Source: Alphaproteobacteria bacterium
GTDB taxonomy: Bacteria > Pseudomonadota > Alphaproteobacteria > GCA-2731375
DNA length: 64,000 nucleotides
Assembly: GCA_965225945.1 (NCBI GenBank)
Contig: CBDDBZ010000039.1
Coordinates: 352,001-416,000, forward strand
Direction: 5' to 3'
Positions 1-10,724 of this stretch are shown one piece after another. The number at the start of each line of letters is the position of its first letter. The first letter of the stretch is position 1. A program made the translations under genes and the position numbers. The notes under the pieces were generated by a model, which worked only from the letters and a program-made list of their open reading frames with translations, ran no database searches and had not been told where the DNA came from.

Positions 1-867
1 CCACGCGGCGTTGGAGGCGAGCGATCCGGCGGTCTGGGCGCCGAGCAGTATGGCCACGTCCCCGACGCCCAGCCCCAGGCCCGTCGCCGCGATCACGTAA
101 AACGGTAGCGCCATGAGGGCCGCGCCGCCGAGCCACTGCGTCATCAAAAAGCGACGGAAGCGGCGGTCCGAGCGCAGGACGAGCCAGCCGGCGGTCAGGA
201 AGGCGTCGAAGCCGGCGGACGCCGGCCTCGACGCTGGCCTCGACGCCGGTTCGCCCGCCGAAACGAAGATCACGGAGGAAAACAGCATCAGTGCCGACGC
301 GAGGGCGAAAATCAGGGTGTGCGCGGTGTAAAAGTCCTCGGCGCCGAGCAGATGATGCACGATTGCGGCGACGCCAAGCGCGAGCAAGCCACCGCCGAAG
401 AAGCGGAGCGCCAGCATCCGGCTGCGCGACCCGGAAGGGACCTGGCGGGCGACGATATCGTTATAGGGAACCGCCACGATCCCGCTGACGAAGGCATAGA
501 GGGTCCAGAGCATGAGGAACGCCACCCCGACCCAGGCTTGCGATCGCCCCGCCGCGAGCGCGAGCAGGACGGCGATGGCGGCGAGGCAGAGCGCCCGCCC
601 GAAGGCCCCGACGATATAGAACGGCATGGCTCGATCGGCGCGCCCGGCCAGGAAACCGACCACGATCTGTGGCAGCAACCAGCCGAGCCGCAGAACGGTG
701 CTCGCGGCCCCGACGGCGAAGACGTTGCCGGTGAGCTGGTAGACCAGGCTGGCGACGATGGTCGCCGAATCCACCGCCGAGGCGCCGGCCTGAAAGAGCG
801 CGCCGGCGCCGGCGAGTTTCCAGAACGCGGTTTTGTCGGCTTTCCCGCTGTTCTCAGACGCGTTCAT
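1..867 (-). CDS. MFS transporter (3' end beyond window start)
   Basis: Manual translation from ATG at 867: MNASENSGKADKTAFWKLAGAGALFQAGASAVDSATIVASLVYQLTG...LRLGWLLPQIVVGFLA...LRSDRRFRRFLMTQWLGGAALMALPFYVI; many TM segments; not in the ORF track because it runs off the window. Confidence 0.8.
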   Translation of the reverse strand, partial: MNASENSGKADKTAFWKLAGAGALFQAGASAVDSATIVASLVYQLTGNVFAVGAASTVLRLGWLLPQIVVGFLAGRADRAMPFYIVGAFGRALCLAAIAVLLALAAGRSQAWVGVAFLMLWTLYAFVSGIVAVPYNDIVARQVPSGSRSRMLALRFFGGGLLALGVAAIVHHLLGAEDFYTAHTLIFALASALMLFSSVIFVSAGEPASRPASRPASAGFDAFLTAGWLVLRSDRRFRRFLMTQWLGGAALMALPFYVIAATGLGLGVGDVAILLGAQTAGSLASNAAW

Positions 868-1920
868 CCCTTTGCCCACCGATGTCGCCGAGAGAGCCGA
901 TCTCCACGCCACTTCGCCAAAACACGATTCCGCCGATCCCCACCATCAAAAGGAGGCTCACGACATTGTTGAACATGATCATCGCCAAGGCTTGCTCGTC
1001 CGCGACGCCGATCAGCTTCAGCGCATAAGCCGAGCCGATCACGAACCCGCCCGGGACCCGAATAAAGCGTGCGAGAACAAGGGCGAAGCCGGCGAACACG
1101 AGAAGAAACAAATAGTCGAAGAGCTCCAGCCTCACGCCGAGGGCGAGGCCGGCCCACAGAAAGTGGCTCGCCGCGACGGCCTTCATCGCGAAGCTGGCGG
1201 CGACGATACCGATCTGGCGCGCGCGCGGGGCCAGGTGATCCCCTCGGCGATGGCGGCTCTGAGCTCGGCGAAGCGGGCGCCCCCCATCTTGGCAACCCCC
1301 TCGATCACGCGCGCGGTCCGCGAATCAGGCCGCGACAAGGCTTCGCGAGCCCTGAACAGAAGCCATAGCAGGCCGGCAAATAGCGCCAGGTTCAGCCCGC
1401 CCGCGACGCCGAGGCCAAGACGCAAATCGGCTTCGGAGCTTGGAATCCGCCCCACGATCGCGACGATGGCGACGATGAGCGCGAAAACGATTCCGTCGAT
1501 AAAGCGCTCGATCGCCGCCGTGACGAGGACAGAGGCCAGCCGCAACCCCTCCAAGCGGGCGATCAGCCAGGAGCGCACGAGCGGGCTGATACCGAGGGGG
1601 ATGAGCGCGCCCACGCCATAGCCCGCGAGAATGGCGCCGAACAGGCGCCGGGTGGAGATTGGCTTCACATCATGGAGGATCTGGCGCCACTTCCAGCCCC
1701 GGAGCCATTGCTCGGCGAGTATGGTCGCGCCGAGGACGAGGATCCATACCGGCCTGGCCATCGCCAGTTCGGCGAGGAAGCGGGCGAAATCCAGATCCTG
1801 ATAGAGCCAGAAGAGCACGCCGATCGCCACGCCCACGCCAAATAGCGGGATGACCCATTGCATGAGGAGACGGCGAGCCATGGCCGCCAGTCTAGCTTGC
1901 CTGCCAGCGGGGGGAGTCAA
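854..1920 (-). pseudogene. Lysylphosphatidylglycerol synthase TM/flippase-like (UPF0104-type) membrane protein, frameshifted
   Basis: ORFs 1183..1920 (LRGWKWRQIL, ERFIDG) and 854..1186 join through a frame change in the GC dinucleotide run near 1217-1227 (ITWPRA / RQIGIVAASFAMKAVAASHFLW). Confidence 0.7.
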
Positions 1921-2050
1921 GCCCGAGAACGCCGCGACCCGAACAATTTCGCTCCCGGATCATTTCGCCTCTGGAATCGAGAGGCGGCGCGCGCCATTGA
2001 TGCGTTGAATGACGGCGAGACGGCATTGATTGCAAGCAAGTGACGCCGTC

Positions 2051-2081
2051 TCGACCTTACAGTTACTGGAGGCCCTATATT
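2051..2081 (+). promoter_or_regulatory. CueR-type copA promoter/operator
   Basis: -35 TCGACC (2051-2056), 19-bp spacer, -10 TATATT (2076-2081); ACCTTAC-N7-GGAGGCC resembles the CueR box ACCTTCC-N7-GGAAGGT. Confidence 0.8.
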
Positions 2082-2124
2082 CCATGCTGAACCGCGCGTT
2101 GATGGCGCCGAAGCGGGAGCGACG

Positions 2125-4581
2125 ATGATGTCCGAGTCGGACGCGGCGAACCAAACGATCCAGACCGACCCCGTATGCGGAATGACGGTGGATCCAGGCT
2201 CCGCCAGCCATCGCCTCGAGCACGATGGGTTAGAGTACCTCTTCTGTTCGGCGCGCTGTCGGGAGAAGTTCGCCGAGGCGCCGTCGCGCTACCTCGACGC
2301 GAGTGGCGCGGACGCCAAGGGCCAGCACCATTCCCCGACGGATTCCGAGCTCGCGGCGCCGCCGACGGGCTACATTTGCCCCATGTGCCCCGGCGTCGGG
2401 AGCAAGACGCCCGCCGCCTGTCCCAAGTGCGGCATGGCCTTGGAGCCGGCCCTGGTCATGGGGGCGAGTGTTACGCAATTCACCTGTCCGATGCATCCCG
2501 AGATCGTCAGGGACGAGGCCGGCGAGTGCCCGATTTGTGGCATGGCGCTGGAGCCGATCACCGTGGCGGTGCAGGAAATTGCGAATCCCGAGCTGATCGA
2601 CATGACGCGCCGCTTCTGGTCGAGCGGGGCGCTGGTGATACCGCTCCTCGTCCTCACGATGGGGGAATTCGTCCCCGGCCTGGCCACGCTGATCGAGGGG
2701 GCGTGGAATCCCTGGGCCCAGCTCGCGCTGGCGAGCCCGGTGGTGCTCTGGGCCGGCTGGCCGTTTTTCCAGCGCGGCTGGAGGTCGCTGCTCACCGGCC
2801 ATCTCAACATGTTCACGCTGATCGCCATCGGCACCGGCGCGGCCTATGGCTACAGCCTGATCGCCGTCCTGGCGCCCGGTATTTTCCCCGATGGCTTTCG
2901 CGGCGCCCGCGGCGAGGTCGGGCTCTATTTCGAGGCCGCCGCCGTGATCACGTTGCTCGTGCTCCTGGGTCAGGTCCTGGAGCTCGGCGCGCGCGAGCGC
3001 ACCAGTGGCGCGCTCCGGGCGCTGCTGGATCTCGCGCCGAAGGTGGCGCGCCGCCTCAACGAGGAAGGCGAAGACGAGGAAGTGCCGCTGGAGCGCATCG
3101 TGGCGGGTGACCGGCTGAGGGTCCGGCCCGGCGAGGCTATTCCCGTCGATGGCGTCGTGCTCGAAGGCCACGGCTCGATCGACGAGTCGATGGTCACCGG
3201 GGAGGCCATTCCGGTCGAAAAATCGGCGGGGAACGGGCTGATCGGCGGCACCATCAACGGCACCGGCGGCCTGATCATGCGGGCGGAGAAGGTCGGCGGC
3301 GATACCATGCTGGCGCGGATCGTGCAGATGGTCGCCGAGGCGCAGCGGAGCCGGGCCCCGATCCAACGCCTGGCCGACCAGGTCGCCGGCTACTTCGTCC
3401 CGGCGGTCCTGGGCGTCGCCCTGGTGGCGTTCGTCGCCTGGGCGTTTTTCGGGCCCCCCCCGGCGCTCGCCTACGGGCTGCTCGCCGCCGTCTCGGTTCT
3501 GATCATCGCTTGCCCCTGTGCGCTCGGCTTGGCGACGCCGATGTCGATCATGGTCGGAATCGGTCGAGGCGCTCAAGCCGGTGTCTTGATCAAGAATGCC
3601 GAGGCCCTGGAGCGCTTCGAGAAGGTCGATACCCTCGTGGTCGACAAGACCGGGACCTTGACCGAGGGGCGGCCCAGGCTCCACGCGGTGGTCTCGACGG
3701 GGCCGCTGGAAGACAACGAGCTGCTCGCGCTCGCCGCGAGCCTGGAGCGGGCGAGCGAACATCCCCTCGCCGAGGCGATCGTCGCCGGCGCGAGAGAGCG
3801 GAAGCTCGATCTGGCCGAACCGAGCGGGTTCGAATCGGTGACCGGCAAGGGCGTCACCGCAAATGTCCTCGGGCGAAGCGTCACGCTCGGGAACAACAGC
3901 CTCATGGTGGACCGGGGAATCGACACCGCCGTTCTCGATGACCCCGCCGAGGCGCTTCGTCGCGACGGCGCGACGGCCATGCTGGTGGCCCTCGACGGCG
4001 TCGCCGCCGGGCTGATCGCGGTCGCCGACCCGATCAAGGAAACCACGCCGGGGGCGCTCGAGGCGCTGCGGGCCGAGGGGGTCCGTGTGGTGATGGTGAC
4101 CGGCGACAACCGAACCACGGCCGAGGCGGTGGCGCGGCGGTTGGGAATCGCGGAGCTGGAAGCCGAGGTTCTACCAAACGGCAAGAATGAAATCGTGCGC
4201 CGCTTGCGCCGAGAGGGACGCGTGGTCGCGATGGCCGGCGACGGCATCAATGACGCACCGGCGCTCGCCCAGGCCGATATCGGGATCGCCATGGGTGGCG
4301 GCACCGACGTCGCGATCGAGAGCGCCGGCGTCACCCTGCTGAGAGGCGATCTGAACGGGATCGTCCGGGCCCGACGCTTGAGCCGCGCGACGATGCGCAA
4401 CATTCGCCAAAACCTGTTCTTCGCCTTCCTCTATAACGCCCTCGGCGTGCCGCTCGCGGCCGGAGTCTTCTATGCCGCCTTTGGATTGCTGCTGAACCCC
4501 ATGTTCGCCGCCGCCGCGATGAGCCTGAGTTCCGTCTCGGTCGTCGCCAACGCTCTGCGCTTGCGACAGGCGAGGATTTGA
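2125..4581 (+). CDS. copA: Cu(I)/Ag(I) P1B-type ATPase with N-terminal YHS and CPMH-type metal-binding domains
   Basis: DPVCGM (YHS), CPMC/CPMH...CPxCGM repeats, [36 protein letters not shown] and MSLSS motifs. Confidence 0.95.
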   Translation: MMSESDAANQTIQTDPVCGMTVDPGSASHRLEHDGLEYLFCSARCREKFAEAPSRYLDASGADAKGQHHSPTDSELAAPPTGYICPMCPGVGSKTPAACPKCGMALEPALVMGASVTQFTCPMHPEIVRDEAGECPICGMALEPITVAVQEIANPELIDMTRRFWSSGALVIPLLVLTMGEFVPGLATLIEGAWNPWAQLALASPVVLWAGWPFFQRGWRSLLTGHLNMFTLIAIGTGAAYGYSLIAVLAPGIFPDGFRGARGEVGLYFEAAAVITLLVLLGQVLELGARERTSGALRALLDLAPKVARRLNEEGEDEEVPLERIVAGDRLRVRPGEAIPVDGVVLEGHGSIDESMVTGEAIPVEKSAGNGLIGGTINGTGGLIMRAEKVGGDTMLARIVQMVAEAQRSRAPIQRLADQVAGYFVPAVLGVALVAFVAWAFFGPPPALAYGLLAAVSVLIIACPCALGLATPMSIMVGIGRGAQAGVLIKNAEALERFEKVDTLVVDKTGTLTEGRPRLHAVVSTGPLEDNELLALAASLERASEHPLAEAIVAGARERKLDLAEPSGFESVTGKGVTANVLGRSVTLGNNSLMVDRGIDTAVLDDPAEALRRDGATAMLVALDGVAAGLIAVADPIKETTPGALEALRAEGVRVVMVTGDNRTTAEAVARRLGIAELEAEVLPNGKNEIVRRLRREGRVVAMAGDGINDAPALAQADIGIAMGGGTDVAIESAGVTLLRGDLNGIVRARRLSRATMRNIRQNLFFAFLYNALGVPLAAGVFYAAFGLLLNPMFAAAAMSLSSVSVVANALRLRQARI

Positions 4582-4594
4582 CCCGAGCAAACAG

Positions 4595-4993
4595 ATGAAC
4601 ATAAGCCGAGCCGCGAGGCACTGCGGTCTACCGGTCAAGACGATCCGGTATTACGAGGATATCGATCTCATCCGCCCTGGAAGAGCGCTGAATGGCTATC
4701 GCGATTTCAACGAGCGGGATATCCATAAGCTGCGGTTCCTCAAGCGAGCGAGAGGCCTCGGCTTCAAAATAGACGATTGTCGAAGGCTTTTGTCCCTATA
4801 CGAGGACAAAGGCCGCGCCTCGAGCGAGGTCAAGAGCCTCGCGTCGGCGCATCTGGGACGCATCGAGGAAAAGCTCCGGGAGTTGCGAGAACTGCGAGAC
4901 GTCCTCGGTATTCTCATCGAGTCCTGTCATGGAGATCAAAGGGCGGATTGTCCGATATTGGGTGATCTGTCCGGAGCCGCGACCTGGACGTGA
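4595..4993 (+). CDS. cueR: Cu(I)-responsive MerR-family regulator
   Basis: MerR HTH (KTIRYYEDIDLI), C-terminal CHGDQRADCPIL metal loop; directly after copA. Confidence 0.92.
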   Translation: MNISRAARHCGLPVKTIRYYEDIDLIRPGRALNGYRDFNERDIHKLRFLKRARGLGFKIDDCRRLLSLYEDKGRASSEVKSLASAHLGRIEEKLRELRELRDVLGILIESCHGDQRADCPILGDLSGAATWT

Positions 4994-5042
4994 AGACCAA
5001 CCGAGGGAAGGCCCGGCGCGCCATGGGTCGGATGAGGCGGGC

Positions 5043-6119
5043 CTAGCCCCGTGCCCGCTCCTCGCTCCAGGCGATGGGGATCGCCGGCGCCGCCTCGGCG
5101 GGAAGCGGGATCACCACCTCCTCGGCGAGCGTCAACCATGAAGCCACGATGTCCTTGTCGCGCGGGCGCCGCCGCCGGGGCAGCGCCGCGGCCGCCCGGG
5201 CCAGCTCGGCCCGCAGGATCAGCACCGCGTCCGGGCCGTCGGGCGCGTTCACCAGATAATCGCCGAGCGTCGCGCCCGCCGGGATCGAGGCCTCGAAGCG
5301 CTGGCGGGCACGGCCCGAGAGGCGGATCAGCAGATACTGCACCACCACGTCCCCGGGCGTCAGCACGGTCAGCCGGTTGTCCTCCTGAGAGGCGACGAAT
5401 ACGGCGAAATCGAGCTCGCTCGCCGCCAGCAGTTGCGCCGCCATCGCGCCGGCGCTCTTGCGGCCCGAGGCGTTGGCGGAGAAGCCGTGATATTCGTAGA
5501 ACTTGGTCTCCAGCGCCTCGACATAGTCCTCGCCCCGCTCGAACAGGCGGCGCTCGATATAGCCGAGGCTCCGGCCGAGGTCCTTGATCGCGTTGTCGGT
5601 CAGCCGCTCCACCTTGACGTGGAAGTGGGTGAGCTCGAAAATCTCGTCGCCGTCGCCGTCGCCGTCCGCCACCCGCTCCACCATCAGCGCATAGTCGAGC
5701 GGCAGCAGCTTGCGCACCAGGTCCTCCAGGGCGGGGGAATCGAAGCGGCCGTCGGCCGACTTGTACTCGCTCAGGTCCAGTACCGGCGCGAAACGTTGCA
5801 GGTTGCGCCAGCTCACCCGATTCGAGGCGCGAAGCCGGAAATGCTTGTTGAGTCCGCCCGGCAGGCGGCCGTCGACAGCGAACAGCAGCGCGGTATTCTG
5901 ATAGGCTCGCTCCAACCCGCCCGAGAGATGTTCCGGCAGCAGCGCGTTTTGATCGGCGAAGCCATAGGGCTGGCCGGCCCGCCGGCAGCGGCGATAGCTC
6001 TGGATCAGGGTGTGGTCGATCAGCAACCGGGCGAGCTGCGCGCGCGCGGCGCCGAAATTTGGCGACGGCGGCGCCGAGATCGCCTCGGTAAGGGGAATGA
6101 CCTGACCCGTTTCAGCCAT
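5043..6119 (-). CDS. Hypothetical protein (~358 aa)
   Basis: Probable start MAETGQVIPL at 6119; globular composition; no family recognised. Confidence 0.7.
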   Translation of the reverse strand: MAETGQVIPLTEAISAPPSPNFGAARAQLARLLIDHTLIQSYRRCRRAGQPYGFADQNALLPEHLSGGLERAYQNTALLFAVDGRLPGGLNKHFRLRASNRVSWRNLQRFAPVLDLSEYKSADGRFDSPALEDLVRKLLPLDYALMVERVADGDGDGDEIFELTHFHVKVERLTDNAIKDLGRSLGYIERRLFERGEDYVEALETKFYEYHGFSANASGRKSAGAMAAQLLAASELDFAVFVASQEDNRLTVLTPGDVVVQYLLIRLSGRARQRFEASIPAGATLGDYLVNAPDGPDAVLILRAELARAAAALPRRRRPRDKDIVASWLTLAEEVVIPLPAEAAPAIPIAWSEERARG

Positions 6120-6201
6120 GATAAGGTTTCGAGCAATTTCCGCGTCAGCTGACCAAGCAACGGAAATATAAGCAGTTTTTCGGGTCGAATTCAAGGATGC
6201 C

Positions 6202-6828
6202 ATGACCATGGAGTCGCCGTCGGACCCCGCGCCCCCGAACTTGGTGCTGGCCTCTGAGAGCCCGACCCGCCGCGCCATGCTGTCGCGGGCCGGGCTCGAC
6301 TTCACGGTCGCGCCGGCGCGGCTCGACGAAGACGCCCTCAAGGCCTCGCTCGCCGCCGATGGTGCGCGCCCCCGCGATGTCGCCGAGCTGCTCGCGCGGA
6401 GCAAAGCCGAGCGGGTCTCGGCCCGCATCCCCGGCGCCCTGGTCGTCGGCGCCGATCAGATCCTGCTGCTCGATGAGCGGATCTTCGACAAGCCCGCCGA
6501 TCTGGCGGCGGCGCGGGCGAGGCTGCGGGCGCTTTCCGGCCGGCCTCATGGCCTGATCAGCGCCGTCGCGGTGGCCCGGGACGGCCACCTCCTCTGGCAC
6601 CACCGCGAGTGCGCCGAGCTGGTGATGCGGGACTTGAGCGAGGCCTTCATCGATCGCTATCTCGGCGAGATCGGCGAGGTGGCGTTCGAGACCGTCGGCG
6701 CCTATGCCTTGGAGGGCCTGGGGGCGCAGCTCTTCATCCGGGTCAGCGGCGACCACTTCACCATCCTGGGGCTGCCGCTCTTGGCGCTGCTCGCCTTCCT
6801 TCGCGAACAGGGAGTGTTGATGAGATGA
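6202..6828 (+). CDS. maf: Maf-family nucleotide pyrophosphatase
   Basis: LVLASESPTR, GADQIL, FDKP, VGAYALEG, DHFTILGLPL. Confidence 0.92.
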   Translation: MTMESPSDPAPPNLVLASESPTRRAMLSRAGLDFTVAPARLDEDALKASLAADGARPRDVAELLARSKAERVSARIPGALVVGADQILLLDERIFDKPADLAAARARLRALSGRPHGLISAVAVARDGHLLWHHRECAELVMRDLSEAFIDRYLGEIGEVAFETVGAYALEGLGAQLFIRVSGDHFTILGLPLLALLAFLREQGVLMR

Positions 6829-7676
6829 GGCTCACGGGCAAGACGCGGGTCGCGGGCGTGATGGGGTGGCCGATCGGGCATTCGCGCTCGCCCCGCCTGC
6901 ACAATTTCTGGCTGCGGGAATACGGCATCGACGGGATTTATGTGCCGCTCGCGGTCCATCCCGACGGACTCGATGCGGCGCTCCGGGGGCTGGCGGCGCT
7001 CGGGCTCGGGGGCTGCAACGTCACGCTTCCCCACAAGCAGGCGACGCTTCGCATCGTCGATGAGGTGGAGGCGCTGGCGCGCCGCATCGGCGCGGTGAAT
7101 ACCGTCGTCGTGCGTGCGGACGGCTCGCTCCACGGCTCCAACAGCGATGCCTTCGGCTTTCTGGCGGCAATAGCCGAGCGCGCGCCCGCATGGTCGCCCG
7201 GGGCCGGAGCGGCGGTGGTGCTGGGCGCCGGGGGGGCGGCGCGGGCCATCGTCGCGGCGCTGCTCGACGCCGAGGCGCCGGAAGTGCGCCTGGTCAATCG
7301 CACCCGCGCCCGCGCCGAGGCGCTGGCCGGCGACATGGCCGATTCCCGCCTCCGGGTCGAGGACTGGTCGGCCCGCGCCGAGCTGCTGGCCGGCGCCCGC
7401 CTGCTGGTCAACACCACCTCCCTCGGCATGGCCGGGCAACCGCCGCTGGAGCTCGCGCTCGATGCGCTTCCCGCCGACGCCGTGGTCGACGACATCATCT
7501 ACACACCCCTGGAGACCGCTCTGCTGGCGGCGGCGCGGGCCCGGGGCAATATCGCGGTCGACGGCCTGGCGATGCTGCTGCACCAGGCCCGCCCGGGCTT
7601 CGAGGCCTGGTTCGGCGTGCGCCCGGAGGTGAGCGAGGCCCAGCGCGCCGACCTCCTGGCCGACATCGAGGGCTGA
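6825..7676 (+). CDS. aroE: Shikimate dehydrogenase
   Basis: GWPIGHSRSP, NVTLPHK, GAVNT, GAGGAARA, NRT; ATG overlaps the maf stop. Confidence 0.95.
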   Translation: MRLTGKTRVAGVMGWPIGHSRSPRLHNFWLREYGIDGIYVPLAVHPDGLDAALRGLAALGLGGCNVTLPHKQATLRIVDEVEALARRIGAVNTVVVRADGSLHGSNSDAFGFLAAIAERAPAWSPGAGAAVVLGAGGAARAIVAALLDAEAPEVRLVNRTRARAEALAGDMADSRLRVEDWSARAELLAGARLLVNTTSLGMAGQPPLELALDALPADAVVDDIIYTPLETALLAAARARGNIAVDGLAMLLHQARPGFEAWFGVRPEVSEAQRADLLADIEG

Positions 7677-7682
7677 GCGCCG

Positions 7683-8363
7683 GTGTTCGTGCTGGGCCTC
7701 ACCGGCTCTCTCGCCATGGGCAAATCGGAGACGGCGCGGATGTTCCGCCGGCTGGGGGTGTCGGTCTACGACGCCGACGCTGCGGTGCATCGGCTGATGG
7801 CGCGGGGCGGGGCCGCCGTCGCGCCGGTGGGTGCTGCCTTTCCCGGCGTCGTGGTCGACGGCGCCGTCGACCGGCCGGCGCTCGGCCGCCGGGTGTTCGG
7901 CGACAAGGCGGCGCTCCGGCGCTTGGAGCGAATCGTCCATCCTCTGGTCGGCCGGGCCCAGCGCCGCTTTCTGGCCCGCCACGCGCGGCGCCGGGCACCG
8001 CTGGTCGTGCTCGACGTGCCGCTGCTGTTCGAAACCCGGGGCGAGGCGCGCACCGACGCGATCGCCGTCGCCACCGCCCCCTACCGCGTACAGCGCCAGC
8101 GGGTCCTGGCGCGGCGCGGCATGGACGAGGGCAAGTTCCACGACATCCTCGACCAGCAGATGCCCGACCGGCTGAAGCGTCTGCGCGCCGATTTCGTGCT
8201 GGAGACCGGGCTCGGCCGGGCCTGGACCTTGCGCCGGGTGAGGCGAATCGCAAGAATGCTGCGGCTGAGACCCGGTCACCGCTGGCCGCCCCGCGCGCGG
8301 CCCCGGCCCCGGTCGGCCCGGCATCCCTCAAAACGGGCGGCATATGCGCGAAATCGTGCTTGA
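7683..8363 (+). CDS. coaE: Dephospho-CoA kinase
   Basis: GLTGSLAMGKS P-loop, DADAAVH, LERIVHP, DVPLLFE. Confidence 0.93.
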   Translation: MFVLGLTGSLAMGKSETARMFRRLGVSVYDADAAVHRLMARGGAAVAPVGAAFPGVVVDGAVDRPALGRRVFGDKAALRRLERIVHPLVGRAQRRFLARHARRRAPLVVLDVPLLFETRGEARTDAIAVATAPYRVQRQRVLARRGMDEGKFHDILDQQMPDRLKRLRADFVLETGLGRAWTLRRVRRIARMLRLRPGHRWPPRARPRPRSARHPSKRAAYARNRA

Positions 8364-9021
8364 TACCGAGACCACCGGCCTCGATCCCGCCGTCGGCCAC
8401 CGGGTCGTCGAGATCGGCTGTGTCGAGCTATTGAACCACCTGCCGACCGGCCGGGTCTACCAGACCTATATCGACCCCGAGCGCGAGATGCCGGAGGAGG
8501 CCTTCGAGATCCACGGCCTCTCCGATGCCTTCCTCGCCGATATGGCGCCGTTCCGCGATGTCGTCGAGGCCTTCCTCGAGTTCCTCGCCGACAGCAAACT
8601 GGTGATCCACAGCGCGAGTTTCGACCTCAAGTTCCTCAACGCGGAGTTGGCGGCGCTCGACCGCCCGGCGCTTCCCGCCGAGCGGGCGCTCGACACGGTG
8701 GCGCTCGCACGGCGCAAGTTCCCGGGTGCGCCGGCCAATCTCGACGCGCTGTGCAAGCGTTTCGGCATCGACGCCTCGGCGCGGGACAAGCATGGCGCCC
8801 TGCTGGACGCGGAGCTCCTGGCGGAGGTCTATCTCGAGCTGATCGGCGGCCGTCAGGCGGGCCTCGCGCTGGCCGGCGCCGGGCAGGTCGGGGTCGCCGC
8901 CGAGCGGGCCACGCGGAGCGTGCGTCCAGCCCGCGCCCATCGCCCCACGGCCGAGGAGCTGGCGGCGCACGAGCGCTTCCTCGCCGTGGAAGTCGACGAT
9001 CCGATCTGGCATCGCGAATAA
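8344..9021 (+). CDS. dnaQ: DNA polymerase III epsilon subunit
   Basis: LDTETTGL, FDLKFLNAEL, HGALLDAELLAEVY. Confidence 0.96.
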   Translation: MREIVLDTETTGLDPAVGHRVVEIGCVELLNHLPTGRVYQTYIDPEREMPEEAFEIHGLSDAFLADMAPFRDVVEAFLEFLADSKLVIHSASFDLKFLNAELAALDRPALPAERALDTVALARRKFPGAPANLDALCKRFGIDASARDKHGALLDAELLAEVYLELIGGRQAGLALAGAGQVGVAAERATRSVRPARAHRPTAEELAAHERFLAVEVDDPIWHRE

Positions 9022-9063
9022 GGGCCGCCGGCGCGCGACCGGCGACAGCGGAGGAGCAAATCG

Positions 9064-9711
9064 ATGAGCATCGGCGACATGGCGAGGGACGAGACGACGA
9101 ACCACGAAGTGACGACGATTCGGGCGCTGGAGGCGATCTATGGCGATCCGTCACCCGTCTCGCTGGTGAAGGAGATCGACTATATTTCCGAGCATTATCG
9201 CGCCTTCATCGAGGCGGCGCCCTTCGCCGTCGTCGCCACCGTGGGACCGGAGGGCCTGGACTGCTCGCCCCGGGGCGATCCGCCCGGCTTCGTCCGCGTG
9301 GTCGATTCCAAGACCGTGATGCTGCCCGATCGGCGCGGCAACAACCGGATCGACAGCCTGCGCAACATCGTGCGCGATCCCCGGGTCTCGCTGCTGTTCC
9401 TCATCCCCGGCGTGAACGAGACGATGCGCATCAACGGCCGCGCGGTGATCTCCACCGACCCCGGCCTGCTGGCGGACTTCGAGATGGCGGGCAAGTTGCC
9501 GCGCGTCGTCGTCGTCGTCGCGGTCGAGCGGATCTACTATCAATGCCCGAAGGCGCTGGTCCGTTCGCGCCTGTGGAGCCAGGAGGCGCAAATCCCCCGC
9601 TCCGATCTGCCGAGCAACGGCACCATGCAGAAGGCGTTCAACGGCAAGGAGTTCGACGCCGAGGCTTACGACACCGCCTACCCCGGGCACTTGGCCAAGA
9701 CGATTTACTGA
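9064..9711 (+). CDS. Pyridoxamine 5'-phosphate oxidase-like FMN-binding protein
   Basis: DCSPRGDPPGF, PDRRGNNRIDSLRNI, YYQCPKA. Confidence 0.85.
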   Translation: MSIGDMARDETTNHEVTTIRALEAIYGDPSPVSLVKEIDYISEHYRAFIEAAPFAVVATVGPEGLDCSPRGDPPGFVRVVDSKTVMLPDRRGNNRIDSLRNIVRDPRVSLLFLIPGVNETMRINGRAVISTDPGLLADFEMAGKLPRVVVVVAVERIYYQCPKALVRSRLWSQEAQIPRSDLPSNGTMQKAFNGKEFDAEAYDTAYPGHLAKTIY

Positions 9712-9730
9712 GCGCCGCGGCGCACCCAAA

Positions 9731-9845
9731 TCGTCATTGCGAGCGAGCATAGCGAGCGCTGCAATCCAGTGGGCGTCGATGCCTTGTGACTCCGTCGACA
9801 CATCGGGCGCCGCCCTGGATCGCCACGCTTCGCTCGCGGTGACGA
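9731..9845. repeat. Alphaproteobacterial palindromic intergenic repeat (REP/MITE-like)
   Basis: TCGTCATTGCGAGCGA...GCAATCCA / TGGATCGC...TCGCTCGCGGTGACGA inverted arms between convergent genes. Confidence 0.75.
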
Positions 9846-9859
9846 ATTCACGCCGCACC

Positions 9860-10567
9860 TCACCACTTCTCGCCGAAGGGGCGGAGTTCGACCAGGAAGG
9901 AGCGCGCGGTGCGGGGTTGATGGGCGACGTGGTAGATCTCCGCCGCCAGATCGTCCGGCTGGGCGAAGAAGTCCTTCGGATAGTCCTTCCAGCGCCGCCT
10001 GGCGAAAGGCATGTCGATCACCGCGTCGATTACCACATAGGCGACGTGCACGCCGTCCGGCCCCAATTCGCGCGCCAGCGCCTCGGCCAGGATCCGCTGA
10101 CCGGCCTTGCTCGGCGACCAGCCGACGAAGCTCGGCTTGCCGCGGAGCGAGCCGGTATTGCCGGTGACGACGATCGAGCCGCCGCCATTGGCCACCATCG
10201 CCGGCGCCAGCTCTTGCGCAGCCACCAGCAGGCCGGTGGCATTGACGCGGTAGTTGCGCTCGAAATCGTCGGTGTCGATCTCACGATAGGTGCCGAAGCT
10301 GGCGAGGGTGGCGTTGTAGATCATCACCCGGGGCGTGCCGGCCTCGGCGACGATACGGCGAATCGTCGCGCGAAACGCGTCGAGGTCGCGGATATCGACG
10401 GCGTATGGCGTGGTGTGGGGAATCTCGAATTGAAACCGCGCCAGCCGCTCGGGGCTCCGGGCGATCATCGAGATGTCGTAGCCGTTCTCGGTGAAGTGCC
10501 GGGCGCAGGCGGCGCCGGTGCCCGGGCCGATGCCGATCAACAGGCAATGGGGTCGTGTCTCGCTCAT
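9860..10567 (-). CDS. SDR family oxidoreductase
   Basis: GIGPGTG Rossmann motif, IYNAT, HVAYVVIDAVID, ELRPFGEKW end. Confidence 0.88.
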   Translation of the reverse strand: MSETRPHCLLIGIGPGTGAACARHFTENGYDISMIARSPERLARFQFEIPHTTPYAVDIRDLDAFRATIRRIVAEAGTPRVMIYNATLASFGTYREIDTDDFERNYRVNATGLLVAAQELAPAMVANGGGSIVVTGNTGSLRGKPSFVGWSPSKAGQRILAEALARELGPDGVHVAYVVIDAVIDMPFARRRWKDYPKDFFAQPDDLAAEIYHVAHQPRTARSFLVELRPFGEKW

Positions 10568-10724
10568 CGGCGCCGTTCCTCCTAACCCGACTTCACCCCG
10601 TGCGGCGCTCTCCCATAGGACATTTCGCCCGCGACGGCGAGATCGGCGCGGACTCGCCGCCGAAATTCCACCGTAATTCGTCTCCAGGGTGAAACCTTTC
10701 CGCGCCCGCCGGGTACTGTTATCC

